A stretch of 64,000 nt of DNA, taken from the NCBI GenBank assembly GCA_963758495.1, contig CAVWVI010000003.1, forward strand, positions 416,001 to 480,000. Reading direction: 5' to 3'. The stretch comes from Oligoflexia bacterium (GTDB taxonomy: Bacteria; Bdellovibrionota; UBA1018). Positions 19,539-28,971 of this stretch are shown here, one piece after another (the first letter of the stretch is position 1; every line of letters begins with the position of its first letter). The position numbers and the translations under genes are program-made. The notes beneath the pieces were generated by a model, which ran no database searches, was not told the DNA's origin, and saw only the letters and a program-made list of their open reading frames with translations.

Positions 19539-19982
19539 TTAACGCCCAATTTCCAATGCTTTTTGAGCCATCGACTTTGCTGCGCCCATTGCAGTTACAT
19601 TAGCCTCATAGGATCGCTGAGCACTAATCATATTAGCCATTTCTTCTACAGGATTTACATTAGGCATTGCCACATATCCCTCAGAATTTGCATCCGGATG
19701 GTGGGGATTATAGACCATTCTCGGAGCCTTTACGTCTTCTGCAATATCCACAACCTGAACACCCTGAACGTTCTCATCCAGTGCACTTTGTAAAATCTCT
19801 CCAAAATTCTCTCGATCTGTTTGGGCTGCAAATATGGGGTCCTTTTTTCGATAAGGACCATTTCCAGGACCTACTCCGCGAGTCGTTTCAGCATTAGCAA
19901 TATTGCTCGAAATCGTATTCATTCTTTTTGTTTGAGCATCTAATCCTGAAGCACTTACTCTCATCGATGAAAAAAAGTCCAT
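19539..19982 (-). CDS. flgC: Rod protein FlgC
   Basis: SASGLDAQ..NIANAETTR; HPDAN.EGYVAMPNVN. Confidence 0.97.
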   Translation of the reverse strand: MDFFSSMRVSASGLDAQTKRMNTISSNIANAETTRGVGPGNGPYRKKDPIFAAQTDRENFGEILQSALDENVQGVQVVDIAEDVKAPRMVYNPHHPDANSEGYVAMPNVNPVEEMANMISAQRSYEANVTAMGAAKSMAQKALEIGR

Positions 19983-20398
19983 TAACGATTTCCTCCACCT
20001 TCTGTAACCGCATATCTCAACATCCCTAATTTTCTTTTTAGCATTTCAGTTGAAGCATCATAAAGGATTTGATTTTCTGCAAGTTTCGCCATTTCTGCTG
20101 ATCGATCAACAGTATTTCCATCTAACGATTCAATTCCATTCGGATCATCATAGATCTCTGGTGTTACCGGGTCTGTAGACCGGTGAACAATGTGATTTGG
20201 ATTTGTTTCTGCTGTTGGAATCTGATCTCCAACGCCCAATGCGTCTCGTAATGCAGACTCAAACTCCATAACTTTTGATTTGTATCCTGGAGTATCTGCA
20301 TTAGCTATATTGGAGCTGATCACATTTTGATTCGCAAGTCTCAGATTCAAAGATGTGTTCAGCGCACCTATGACTGGATCAAACCCACCATCTCCCAT
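19982..20398 (-). CDS. flgB: Rod protein FlgB
   Basis: NIANADTPGYK; DGNTVD. Confidence 0.97.
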   Translation of the reverse strand: MGDGGFDPVIGALNTSLNLRLANQNVISSNIANADTPGYKSKVMEFESALRDALGVGDQIPTAETNPNHIVHRSTDPVTPEIYDDPNGIESLDGNTVDRSAEMAKLAENQILYDASTEMLKRKLGMLRYAVTEGGGNR

Positions 20399-20420
20399 AA
20401 TTTTCCTTCATCAAATAGAA

Positions 20421-20436
20421 TTCAAGTATTGTGCCT
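20421..20436 (-). promoter_or_regulatory. Sigma54 (-24/-12) promoter of the flgB operon
   Basis: AGGCAC-AATAC-TTGAA (GG-N10-GA variant of TGGCAC-N5-TTGC), 22 nt upstream of the flgB ATG. Confidence 0.7.
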
Positions 20437-20565
20437 AAAAAACCGATCAAGAAAGAACTGAAATTTAAGCCTATTCTGAAAATAATCTCTTTCACTAGGC
20501 AAAATAAATCCGGAAAAATAATCCATCTCACGCCAGTTTTGCCTAGTATCCAATCTTACGTAATC

Positions 20566-20660
20566 GTAAACAGCTCCTTTAAGGCTGTTGACAAGTACTA
20601 TAAGGAATCCTGTTACGCCGTAAAGATTTGGATTCCCGGCGCAACAGGACTCCTTATAGT
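20566..20660 (-). other. Two tandem hairpins in the 3' UTR of the sigma54 activator gene (24-bp stem plus a shorter stem)
   Basis: Arms 20597-20620 and 20637-20660; both mismatches are G-U pairs on the minus strand; second stem at 20566-20592. Confidence 0.7.
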
Positions 20661-20662
20661 GA

Positions 20663-21640
20663 TTAAACTTGAATCCCAAGACGACGATAGTCTGCTAGTT
20701 TATTCCTTAAGGTACGAATAGAGATCCCTAGGGCACGAGCCGTGTGTGTTCTATTTCCATGATGATACTGAAGTGCTTCTAATATGACGTTCTTTTCAAT
20801 ATCATCCAGAGTACGCCCTGGCATCCAATTAATATCCGTAGCGAGAGATGCCTTCCCAAAAAGCTGAGATGAAAGGTGGTTTGAGAGCTGGCGACGTTCT
20901 ATATAAATATCTCGATCGTAAACTTTATTTCCTTGCGTTGTAATCACTGCTCTTTCAATTACATTTTCCAATTCACGAATATTACCGGGCCAATTATGTG
21001 ACTCAAGTAAAGTGAGTGCCTCAGGTGAAAACCCCAGGACTTGTTTCTTATTTTTTTCTGCATATTCTTTCAGAAAATGTAGACTCAGGACTTTCACATC
21101 ACCGATTCTTTCTCGAAGTGCCGGCAGGGTCAAATTGACAACATTTAGACGATAAAATAGATCTTCTCGAAATGTCCCTTGTTTAATACAATCTGTAAGA
21201 TTTCGATTAGTCGTGGCGACGATTCGCACATCTACAGAAATAGGTCTACGACCGCCAATGCGATCTACTTCACCTTCTTGAATCGCTCTTAGAAGTTTTG
21301 CTTGTAGGCGAACTTCCATCTCAGAAATTTCATCTAAAAGTAAGGTACCCCCCATAGCCATTTCAAATTTCCCGGCCTTGGTACCTACCGCTCCAGTGAA
21401 AGCTCCTCTTTCATAGCCAAAAAGCTCAGATTCCAATAAGTTTTCTGGGATAGCAGCGCAATTAATTGCAACATATGGCTTGCCCGCCCGATTACTATTC
21501 TGATGAACTAAGTTTGCTACTAATTCCTTGCCCGTACCGCTTTCACCTTGAATCAAAATGGTAGCCTTACTCTGAGCCACCGTTTTTGCTAGCTGGATGA
21601 CTTCACGCATTCTTAGGTCTGTAGTTAGAATTTCACTCAT
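20663..21640 (-). CDS. Sigma54-dependent activator lacking a receiver domain (FleR/FlrC-like AAA+ and Fis-HTH)
   Basis: GESGTGKE, ESELFGYERGAFTGA, WPGNIREL, LGISIRTLRNKL; begins directly at the AAA+ domain; SD AAGGAGG before ATG 21640. Confidence 0.9.
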   Translation of the reverse strand: MSEILTTDLRMREVIQLAKTVAQSKATILIQGESGTGKELVANLVHQNSNRAGKPYVAINCAAIPENLLESELFGYERGAFTGAVGTKAGKFEMAMGGTLLLDEISEMEVRLQAKLLRAIQEGEVDRIGGRRPISVDVRIVATTNRNLTDCIKQGTFREDLFYRLNVVNLTLPALRERIGDVKVLSLHFLKEYAEKNKKQVLGFSPEALTLLESHNWPGNIRELENVIERAVITTQGNKVYDRDIYIERRQLSNHLSSQLFGKASLATDINWMPGRTLDDIEKNVILEALQYHHGNRTHTARALGISIRTLRNKLADYRRLGIQV

Positions 21641-24434
21641 TTTTGCCCTCCTTGGCATTTTTAGTTACAAGGTCTTCACTTTTACTATTAGCTAGCGATT
21701 CCTGTGCTAGCCTTATCCAGAAATCGTCAGTTCCATTTTTTACCTGACTACTCGCCAACTTTTCGAGAGCTTCCTGTCCCTTAAGTCTTTGAGAAGGATC
21801 ATTTGATTTTCTTAAAGTAATTGCATATTGGTAACGGACTTGATCTCCGCCTAAGCCCTTCTCTAATGCTTTCGAGTAGACTAATGCAGCATCACCCCAA
21901 CGCTTTAGTTTTTCAAAAAATTCCGCTTGCTGTAATAGCACCTCATTAAACGTGGGGGTTGCGGGCACGCCTAGTAAATCCTCTACTTGTATCTCTGAGG
22001 TAGAGGAAAGCTGCTTGTTTTTGAAGTTTTTTTCGGAATCTTTATCGACTTGTTTTCCTTCAATTTTATTTTTTGAATCTAATTGTTGCTCTAAATGTTG
22101 ATTAATATTTAATGCAACATCAATATCACCGATTTTTGATTCAAGTCGAACTATCCAAGCATCCAGCCGGGGTTGGTTTTTAATGAGTTGAGCCCGGCTC
22201 ACATGTTCGATCGCCGACTTAAGATTTTCTTCTTTTTCGTCCATTATACCTAGAATCAGCTCTTTTTGATAAGAGTATTCAGATTCATCTTTTACCATTG
22301 CCAGTAAGCTTCGAATTTTTTCGTTATTCGCTTCTTTTTTTGAGAATTGAAAATCGATCCAAAGAGCTTTTGCTTGAACGAAGTTTTCCTCTGAATTTTT
22401 AAGTTCTATCTCTAAATCTTCAGTTGGCTCAGCGAGATCCGTTTTAGCCTGCATGTGAGAGGATTGTTGATATTTTTTAAATAATTCATCGCCAAATTTT
22501 GACATCCCTAGATCTAAGGCTGCTTGAGACAGTTTCAATAAATATTCATGATCTGAAGTATTTTCTAAGCCTGAAATCAAGTGCGCTTTGTCTCCATAGA
22601 TTTTAAGCGCTTCATATTTTTTCCCCTGTGCCAAAAGCTCTGAAATTTCTCTTCCTAAAAAATTATTTGAAAATGTAACAAGAGTGTTCTTTACATAGGG
22701 GAGCTTTACATTTTCAAGCTCTTGAATGGCTCCATTTGTAGCCTGTTCCAAGGTACCTAATGTAATAAGCCCCTGAACGTGAGCTAGAGCACGAAAATCT
22801 TGATAGTTTTTAAGAACCACCTCTTCTGACCCATTGAAGTTTTTAGCTTCTTGAGAGAAGAATCTTTCCAACGAATCCACAGTGAACCCTCCATGATCTT
22901 CACAGGGAATGAGTCGAAGTCTCGCTAATGTTGCACCTGGACTGAAAGGATAGCGATTGATTGTGGTGTAGAACCATTCTCTCGAGGAGTGATTGAACGT
23001 ATTTAGATTTCGACCTTCTATTTCACCTAATCGGAATGTCGCCCTCCATCCTTCTGGATGGTTTGGAAAAATCTCTAGAAACTCCTTAAAACTTTCTTGC
23101 GCTCTGTCGTATTGTCCTAATTGATAAAGTGATTCAGCTCTATTTATATAAAAAGACGGATACTTTTTAGCTTCACTCTTAAAATAGTTAATTCCTTGAA
23201 AATATGCACCTAAGGCTTGTGCATACTGAAACCTAAGAAGATAAAGATCACCTAAACGAAACGCTGCCTCAGCTTTATCTGATGTTTGAGGAGCATTATC
23301 CATAACCCACCGATATTCTAAAGCCGCTCTGTCAACTTGACTCAGGGAGTAGAGGGACTCAGCCGCTCCAAGATGAAACACCCAAGCAAGTTTGTAATGA
23401 GAATAATGATGAGCCAACCAAAGATAGTTTTCCAATGCGGCCAAGTATGAATTCTGATCAAGAAGTTTTGCTCCTAGATACATACTTGAATGTAAAGCGA
23501 CAGAGGAGCTAGGCGCATCTGTCATTAATTTCCTTAAAATTGCTTCACCTTCACTGCTAAATCCTAATTTAATTAAGGAATTTGCTCTAAGAAAATTCAT
23601 TTCCAATCTAAATTCGGATCGAGGATATTCCGAATCAAAAAAGTCTAATGTCCGAATAGCTAATCCAATTTTACCTTGTCCATAGAGATCAATTGCTAAG
23701 CGTACATATTGAGCTTCTTTGGTCTTCTTTTTCGCTTTGTAGTAAGAAAAATCTGCATCCGGGGTTATTACTGAAAACCAGCGATGAAAATCTACTTTTT
23801 GATGTACAGGATTAAAACCTAGGAAAACATCTGTATTTTCTTTTAAAGGTTGCTTACAAAATCGACTCAGATTGGCTTCTTCTTTTTTTTTATTTTCAGC
23901 TATCAACTTCCGGTTGAATTTTTTTTTCCTTTCTTCTTCATTTTTTTTCGCCATGAATGAAAGTTGGGCTCGATGCTTGGATGCTTTCACTTCTAAAAGA
24001 GTCGGACCTTCTTTAAGCCAAAAATCAACGACATAACGTGGAGGATTTTTCTCATAATAATCAAAAAATTCCATTGTCGGATTAGCCAATGCTAGTTTGC
24101 CAATTGGAAATTTCCACTTTCCTTTTAGCCTCACGCCTTCTGGCAGCTCATCCAATACCAATGATCCCGTACGAATATCATTTAACTTCTCGAGTTGCTG
24201 CTTCCAGGTTTGCTCCTCCCCAAGAGGCGCGCCTAAATCCACGAGACTCGCCCCTTTTAGCAAAACCTCAAATCCTTGGTTCTCATTTTTCCATTTAACA
24301 GGCACTCTTTCACTCATATGAAGAATAATCCGACTATGAGTGCTGAAAGTGAGAAGCTCAACAGCATCGCCTGCCTTTGCCCATGAGCAAATATGAAATA
24401 AGATCAAGGCCACGATCCAGTGTGAATTTTTCAT
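21633..24434 (-). CDS. Exported TPR-repeat protein heading the flagellar cluster
   Basis: Signal-peptide-like MKNSHWIVALILFHICSWAKA; TPR units (AAFRLGDLY, RAESLYQLGQYDRAQESFKEFLEIFPNHP); overlaps the activator start by 8 nt. Confidence 0.85.
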   Translation of the reverse strand: MKNSHWIVALILFHICSWAKAGDAVELLTFSTHSRIILHMSERVPVKWKNENQGFEVLLKGASLVDLGAPLGEEQTWKQQLEKLNDIRTGSLVLDELPEGVRLKGKWKFPIGKLALANPTMEFFDYYEKNPPRYVVDFWLKEGPTLLEVKASKHRAQLSFMAKKNEEERKKKFNRKLIAENKKKEEANLSRFCKQPLKENTDVFLGFNPVHQKVDFHRWFSVITPDADFSYYKAKKKTKEAQYVRLAIDLYGQGKIGLAIRTLDFFDSEYPRSEFRLEMNFLRANSLIKLGFSSEGEAILRKLMTDAPSSSVALHSSMYLGAKLLDQNSYLAALENYLWLAHHYSHYKLAWVFHLGAAESLYSLSQVDRAALEYRWVMDNAPQTSDKAEAAFRLGDLYLLRFQYAQALGAYFQGINYFKSEAKKYPSFYINRAESLYQLGQYDRAQESFKEFLEIFPNHPEGWRATFRLGEIEGRNLNTFNHSSREWFYTTINRYPFSPGATLARLRLIPCEDHGGFTVDSLERFFSQEAKNFNGSEEVVLKNYQDFRALAHVQGLITLGTLEQATNGAIQELENVKLPYVKNTLVTFSNNFLGREISELLAQGKKYEALKIYGDKAHLISGLENTSDHEYLLKLSQAALDLGMSKFGDELFKKYQQSSHMQAKTDLAEPTEDLEIELKNSEENFVQAKALWIDFQFSKKEANNEKIRSLLAMVKDESEYSYQKELILGIMDEKEENLKSAIEHVSRAQLIKNQPRLDAWIVRLESKIGDIDVALNINQHLEQQLDSKNKIEGKQVDKDSEKNFKNKQLSSTSEIQVEDLLGVPATPTFNEVLLQQAEFFEKLKRWGDAALVYSKALEKGLGGDQVRYQYAITLRKSNDPSQRLKGQEALEKLASSQVKNGTDDFWIRLAQESLANSKSEDLVTKNAKEGKNE

Positions 24435-24462
24435 TAGAGCTTCCTGCTCTCCTCTTGTCTTC

Positions 24463-24499
24463 TTATTCAATTAGGTTATTCAAATAGGTTATTCAAATA
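24463..24499. repeat. 13-bp tandem repeat in the TPR gene leader
   Basis: TAGGTTATTCAAA at 24472-24484 and 24485-24497, plus a partial copy to the left. Confidence 0.8.
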
Positions 24500-24511
24500 A
24501 GCAAGATACCA

Positions 24512-24527
24512 AGCAAGCAAGATGCCA
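24512..24527 (-). promoter_or_regulatory. Sigma54 promoter of the TPR-activator operon
   Basis: TGGCAT-CTTGC-TTGCT, exact GG-N10-GC spacing. Confidence 0.8.
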
Positions 24528-24767
24528 AGTTTTTTAATCAATCTCTCTAGGGTTCAGGAGCTGAGTAATCTTATGAAGCTACTAGGTAATCCTTGACCGA
24601 GTTGATTTAGCAGATGGGAAAAATAGATGCCTGTTTTTTTGACCTATCGTCAGAAAAGACTACAGTTTACGGCGAAACTTTGACAGTTTAGTAAAAAATT
24701 CCAGTCAGTAGTGATTTTTGAATGAATCGTAATGGCTTAAAGCCTGGTAAGCTTAAAGGACATAAAA

Positions 24768-25334
24768 ATGAAAAAATATTTTATTTCTCTCCTTATATTT
24801 ATACTTTTGTTCCAGACTGGCTGCAGTTTACTTTTTGGAAATATCCGGAGTGAAGACGAGAAATCGACAACCTATAGAATAGCGGACCTTTCCAAAACAA
24901 ATCCAGACTGGTTAAAGCTTGATCCTAAAAGCATAAATGATACGGTAAACGTCGACGGCAATAGTTCGGGGAATGGAGTATCAGATGTTCTATTTCAATC
25001 TCAAAAAACCGCTTCGATTATTTCGATGAATTCAACATGTAGAACTAGCGAAAAAAAAGAAGAACGACAAAGCTTAAGAGAACTCTCTAGAGAATTGCTC
25101 CTTGGAATCTCTGATATTACATCCCAGGTCGAAAAATCTTTGACTCTCCAAAATACAAAGGCTTTGCAAACGACTATAAAGGGAAAAATGAATCATGAAG
25201 AAATGACGCTCCGAACCATCGTACTTCAATACTCTCATTGCATTTATGACCTCATGTATGTCACACGGCCTGAGCACTTTGAGGAAAATGAATCAGACTT
25301 TAATCACTTCGCTGATTCCCTTCGACTCAAATAA
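24768..25334 (+). CDS. Lipoprotein (possible PsbP/DcrB-like fold) heading the mla operon
   Basis: Lipobox-like FQTGC after a hydrophobic stretch; ends DFNHFADSLRLK. Confidence 0.75.
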   Translation: MKKYFISLLIFILLFQTGCSLLFGNIRSEDEKSTTYRIADLSKTNPDWLKLDPKSINDTVNVDGNSSGNGVSDVLFQSQKTASIISMNSTCRTSEKKEERQSLRELSRELLLGISDITSQVEKSLTLQNTKALQTTIKGKMNHEEMTLRTIVLQYSHCIYDLMYVTRPEHFEENESDFNHFADSLRLK

Positions 25335-25363
25335 AGTATCAAACCGAGAGGGGGATAAAAACC

Positions 25364-26203
25364 ATGAATGATATTTACTTGAAGGAATTATCAGAGGAAC
25401 TTCATACTGCTCCTTTGTCATTAGCGAGTCAAATTGGACGACGTATCCTAGACATGCTTCAGTTTTTAGGGGGATATGGATTGCTCTGTGTTCAGATCGT
25501 AAAAGAATGCCTTTACCCTCCTTTTTATTTCAAGCTCATTCTTGAACAAATCTTTGCAATTGGAGTTCAATCAATTTTGCTGGTAGCCGTCACTGCCTTA
25601 GCGACCGGCTCAGTTATGGCCCTTCAATTTGGTTATGGAGTAGCAAAGTTTGGGGGGAAATTATATGTTCCTAAAGTCGTTACTTTAGCCATTTTACGAG
25701 AAATGGGACCCGTTTTCACAAGTCTCTTGGTTGCAGGTAGAATTGGATCAGGCATTGCCTCTGAAGTAGGCTCCATGAAGGTCACTCAACAAATCGATGC
25801 AATCCGCGCCTTAGGAACAAGTCCAATTAAGCGAATTGTCATTCCCCGGTTAGTTGCTAGTTTGATCTCCCTTCCTATTCTTACCTTATTTGCTGATTAT
25901 ATCGGTCTTTTGGGCGCGATGATTGTCTGCTCAACTGAACTGGGTATTAATAAAGAGTATTTTTTTTCTAAAGCGATCGAGACTTTGCGGATGTATGATC
26001 TTTTTACAGGTATGGCTAAAACCGTTGTCTTTGCGTTTTTTATAGCTGTCTCTGCTTGCTGGAAAGGATTGAATACAGAAGGAGGAACGCAGGGAGTTGG
26101 CAATTCTACAACGTGGGTCGTGGTTGCCTCTAGTATTTTCATCATGATCAGTGACTTTTTCCTCACTAAACTCTTCATTTTAACAGTTTATCCAAGGAGC
26201 TAA
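25364..26203 (+). CDS. mlaE: MCE-type lipid ABC transporter permease
   Basis: REMGP, AGRIGSGIASEVGSMKVTQQIDA, GVGNSTT. Confidence 0.93.
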   Translation: MNDIYLKELSEELHTAPLSLASQIGRRILDMLQFLGGYGLLCVQIVKECLYPPFYFKLILEQIFAIGVQSILLVAVTALATGSVMALQFGYGVAKFGGKLYVPKVVTLAILREMGPVFTSLLVAGRIGSGIASEVGSMKVTQQIDAIRALGTSPIKRIVIPRLVASLISLPILTLFADYIGLLGAMIVCSTELGINKEYFFSKAIETLRMYDLFTGMAKTVVFAFFIAVSACWKGLNTEGGTQGVGNSTTWVVVASSIFIMISDFFLTKLFILTVYPRS

Positions 26204-26218
26204 AAATAATAAAAGATC

Positions 26219-26962
26219 ATGGAAAACCATCAAAATAAAATTGCACTGGATGTTCGTAATGTCTTTAAATCCTTCGGCAGTAAAGTCGTACATAATGGGG
26301 TATCCTTCCAGCTCTTAAAAGGTGAGATTTTGGGCCTCTTTGGGGGCTCTGGAACGGGTAAGAGCGTAATTTTAAGATCTATCATTGGACTCGAGTGCCC
26401 CGACAGGGGTGAAATTATTTTTGAAGGAAAAAATATTATTGGTCAGGATGAACGTGATCTCGTTAAAATTCGAACGAAAATTGGGTACGTTTTTCAAAAT
26501 GGCGCACTCTTTGATTCTCTCACTGTCGAAGAAAATCTATCCTACCCCCTCCTCGAACATACTGATCTCAATAGTGATGAAATTCATAAAAAAGTCGAAG
26601 CCATGTTAAAACTAATCGATTTACCCGAGAGTAATTCACTTTATCCCAATGAACTCTCGGGAGGGATGCAAAAACGAGCTGGGCTTGCCCGAGCCATTAT
26701 CTTAAAACCTCAAGTTATTCTATTTGATGAACCCACTGCAGGATTGGACCCACTGAATACAAAGAGACTCATTGATAATATAAAAACTTTAAAAGAAAAT
26801 GGAATTACAGGAATTTTTGTTACTCACGATATACCCAGTGCTTTTGAAATTGCGGATCGCATCGCTATTCTTTATGAGGGAAAGATCCGAGTCATTGATA
26901 CAGTGGAAAATATTAAAAAATCTACAGACCCATTAGTTCAATCATTTGTCAATAGTACTTAG
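26219..26962 (+). CDS. mlaF: MCE-type lipid ABC transporter ATPase
   Basis: GGSGTGKS, LSGGMQKRAGLAR, DEPTAGLDP. Confidence 0.93.
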   Translation: MENHQNKIALDVRNVFKSFGSKVVHNGVSFQLLKGEILGLFGGSGTGKSVILRSIIGLECPDRGEIIFEGKNIIGQDERDLVKIRTKIGYVFQNGALFDSLTVEENLSYPLLEHTDLNSDEIHKKVEAMLKLIDLPESNSLYPNELSGGMQKRAGLARAIILKPQVILFDEPTAGLDPLNTKRLIDNIKTLKENGITGIFVTHDIPSAFEIADRIAILYEGKIRVIDTVENIKKSTDPLVQSFVNST

Positions 26963-26995
26963 AAGATTATTTACAACCGAAAAGGGATCAGAGGT

Positions 26996-27820
26996 ATGCA
27001 CAACAAACAAACTAAGACTGAGATCAAGGTCGGTATTTTTGTCTCGATAGGGCTCACATTAATCATGCTTGCTATTCTTCTACTGGGAGGGGGTACTCAA
27101 AGTTTTTTTTCCAAGAAACTTCGATATACAGCCCATTTCTTACGGGTAGATGGCTTGATTACCGGAGCTAAAGTCATTTTAGGTGGTGTGCCTGTAGGTA
27201 CTGTCGAAAACATTGAACTTGATAAAACCAATAGGAATATCAAGGTAGAATTCTACGTAGATTCCACTGCCAAGGAGTGGATCAGAAATGATTCAAGGGT
27301 GGAAATTGCCACCCAAGGGGTCTTAGGAGATAAATACATCAGCATAGAGGCAGGGAATCAGGAACAACCTATTCTCCCCCCCGAATCTGATATTCCTAAT
27401 CGACCCACTAAAGATTTAAGTCAATTTCTGACCAAAGGCGATCAACTCATGGTCTCTTTAAATGGAATCGCTACAACTTTAGATGGAATTCTAAAAACTT
27501 TCGAAACTGATAATCGAAGTGATGTTTTCTTTAAAGGAATGACTCTTGCTGCAAAAAATCTTTCACAAGCCACTGAAAAATTAAATGAAGAATTAGATCA
27601 TAGTCAAATTAAGAGTACGCTCTCTCATCTGAATCAGATATTTGAAAAGATCAATAATGGCACGGGAACCATCGGTGCATTAGTCAATGACCCTAACCTC
27701 TACGACGAAATGAGAGCACTCATGGGCGGGGCCAATAGAAATAGAATTATACGCAATTTGGTTCGCCAAACGATTAAGGGATCAGAAGAACCTCTTCCGA
27801 CCCCAAAAGTACATCCTTAG
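26996..27820 (+). CDS. mlaD: MCE/MlaD family protein with helical extension
   Basis: N-terminal TM; VDGLITGAKVILGGVPVGTV; GVLGDKYI; GTGTIGALVND. Confidence 0.9.
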   Translation: MHNKQTKTEIKVGIFVSIGLTLIMLAILLLGGGTQSFFSKKLRYTAHFLRVDGLITGAKVILGGVPVGTVENIELDKTNRNIKVEFYVDSTAKEWIRNDSRVEIATQGVLGDKYISIEAGNQEQPILPPESDIPNRPTKDLSQFLTKGDQLMVSLNGIATTLDGILKTFETDNRSDVFFKGMTLAAKNLSQATEKLNEELDHSQIKSTLSHLNQIFEKINNGTGTIGALVNDPNLYDEMRALMGGANRNRIIRNLVRQTIKGSEEPLPTPKVHP

Positions 27821-28899
27821 CTCTCAATTATCGGCAGTTGTCCATCCACTACTAAAGGTTCAGGATGAACCTCGACTTTTTCTCCAGCATTGATAGGAAT
27901 AATCATCCCACGCTTTCTCAGCTTTTCCACTAGAGTGGTCCGATTCATACTCAGAAGCCCACTTGCACGATTTTTATTTCCATTGGTTCGCGCAAGAGCC
28001 TGGTCGACTAAATGATTTTCAAATGCTGCAACGATCGCTTTTAAATCCACTCCTGAATTAGGAAGGACCATACGAGGGAACTCCCACTCAGAGAGGGCCC
28101 CTAAACCTTGAGGGCGAGCATCTGCATATTTTTGAAAAATCCGATGAGGCAAATCCCCTAAGTCTACGGTTCCTTGCCCCTTTAATATCACTAACCGCTC
28201 CATAAGATTTTCAAGTTCTCGTATATTTCCGGGCCAATCATAGGCCAGCAAAGCTTCCATAATTTGGCCTGAGGGTGCCTCTACCGAATATCCTGTCATC
28301 TCATTAAATTGCTGCACAAAGTGATGAACTAAAAGAGGGATATCGGTCTTCCGATCCCTCAAGGCGGGAATCTTAAGTGGAATCACATTCAAACGATAAT
28401 AGAGATCTTCTCGAAATTCTCGTTTTTGCACGGCTTCCTCAAGATCTCGATTTGTCGCTGCTATGATTCGAACATCCACTTCCATCGTACGAGAAGAACC
28501 TACAGGCTCAAATTGCCGTAACTGTAACACTCTTAATAATTTAACTTGAAGATGAAGGGGTAATTCTCCTACTTCATCCAAGAAAATAGTGCCACCATGA
28601 GCTAACTCAAACCGTCCTTGTCGACTCTGGATTGCTCCAGTAAATGCTCCTTTAACATGACCAAAGAGCTCTGCCTCAAGAAGATCAGACGGAATCGCAC
28701 TACAGTTTACAATTACTAAAGGTTTTAAAGCCTTAGAGGAGTTTTCATGGATAGCTCGAGCAACAAGCTCTTTGCCCGTACCACTTTCCCCAGTAATTAA
28801 AACTGTACTATCTGTCTGAGAAACTTTCTCGATAGTGTTAAATAGACTTTGAATTGCAAGACTTTCACCGACTAATGGAGACCGAAACGCGAGCATCAA
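27817..28899 (-). CDS. FleQ/FlrA-like sigma54 activator lacking the N-terminal domain
   Basis: GAFTGA; FleQ-type C-terminus LPNSGVDLK...NRTTLVEKLRK; N-terminus AFRSPLVG resembles FleQ LFRSLVG. Confidence 0.85.
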   Translation of the reverse strand: MMLAFRSPLVGESLAIQSLFNTIEKVSQTDSTVLITGESGTGKELVARAIHENSSKALKPLVIVNCSAIPSDLLEAELFGHVKGAFTGAIQSRQGRFELAHGGTIFLDEVGELPLHLQVKLLRVLQLRQFEPVGSSRTMEVDVRIIAATNRDLEEAVQKREFREDLYYRLNVIPLKIPALRDRKTDIPLLVHHFVQQFNEMTGYSVEAPSGQIMEALLAYDWPGNIRELENLMERLVILKGQGTVDLGDLPHRIFQKYADARPQGLGALSEWEFPRMVLPNSGVDLKAIVAAFENHLVDQALARTNGNKNRASGLLSMNRTTLVEKLRKRGMIIPINAGEKVEVHPEPLVVDGQLPIIES

Positions 28900-28971
28900 T
28901 GCTCCCCTCCCCTTAACCCTTCCCTGAGTTTTAATTCTAAATCTTATCTGACGTGTAGTTCTCTTTAATAT

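Noticed and set aside
1..20398. Possible non-flagellar type III secretion system
   Set aside because: Rod, hook, hook-cap, FliG/M/N and FliL genes make it flagellar.
20422..20721. ORFs 20422-20679 (-) and 20431-20721 (+)
   Set aside because: They span the flgB promoter, enhancer and hairpins, with no SD or recognisable protein features.
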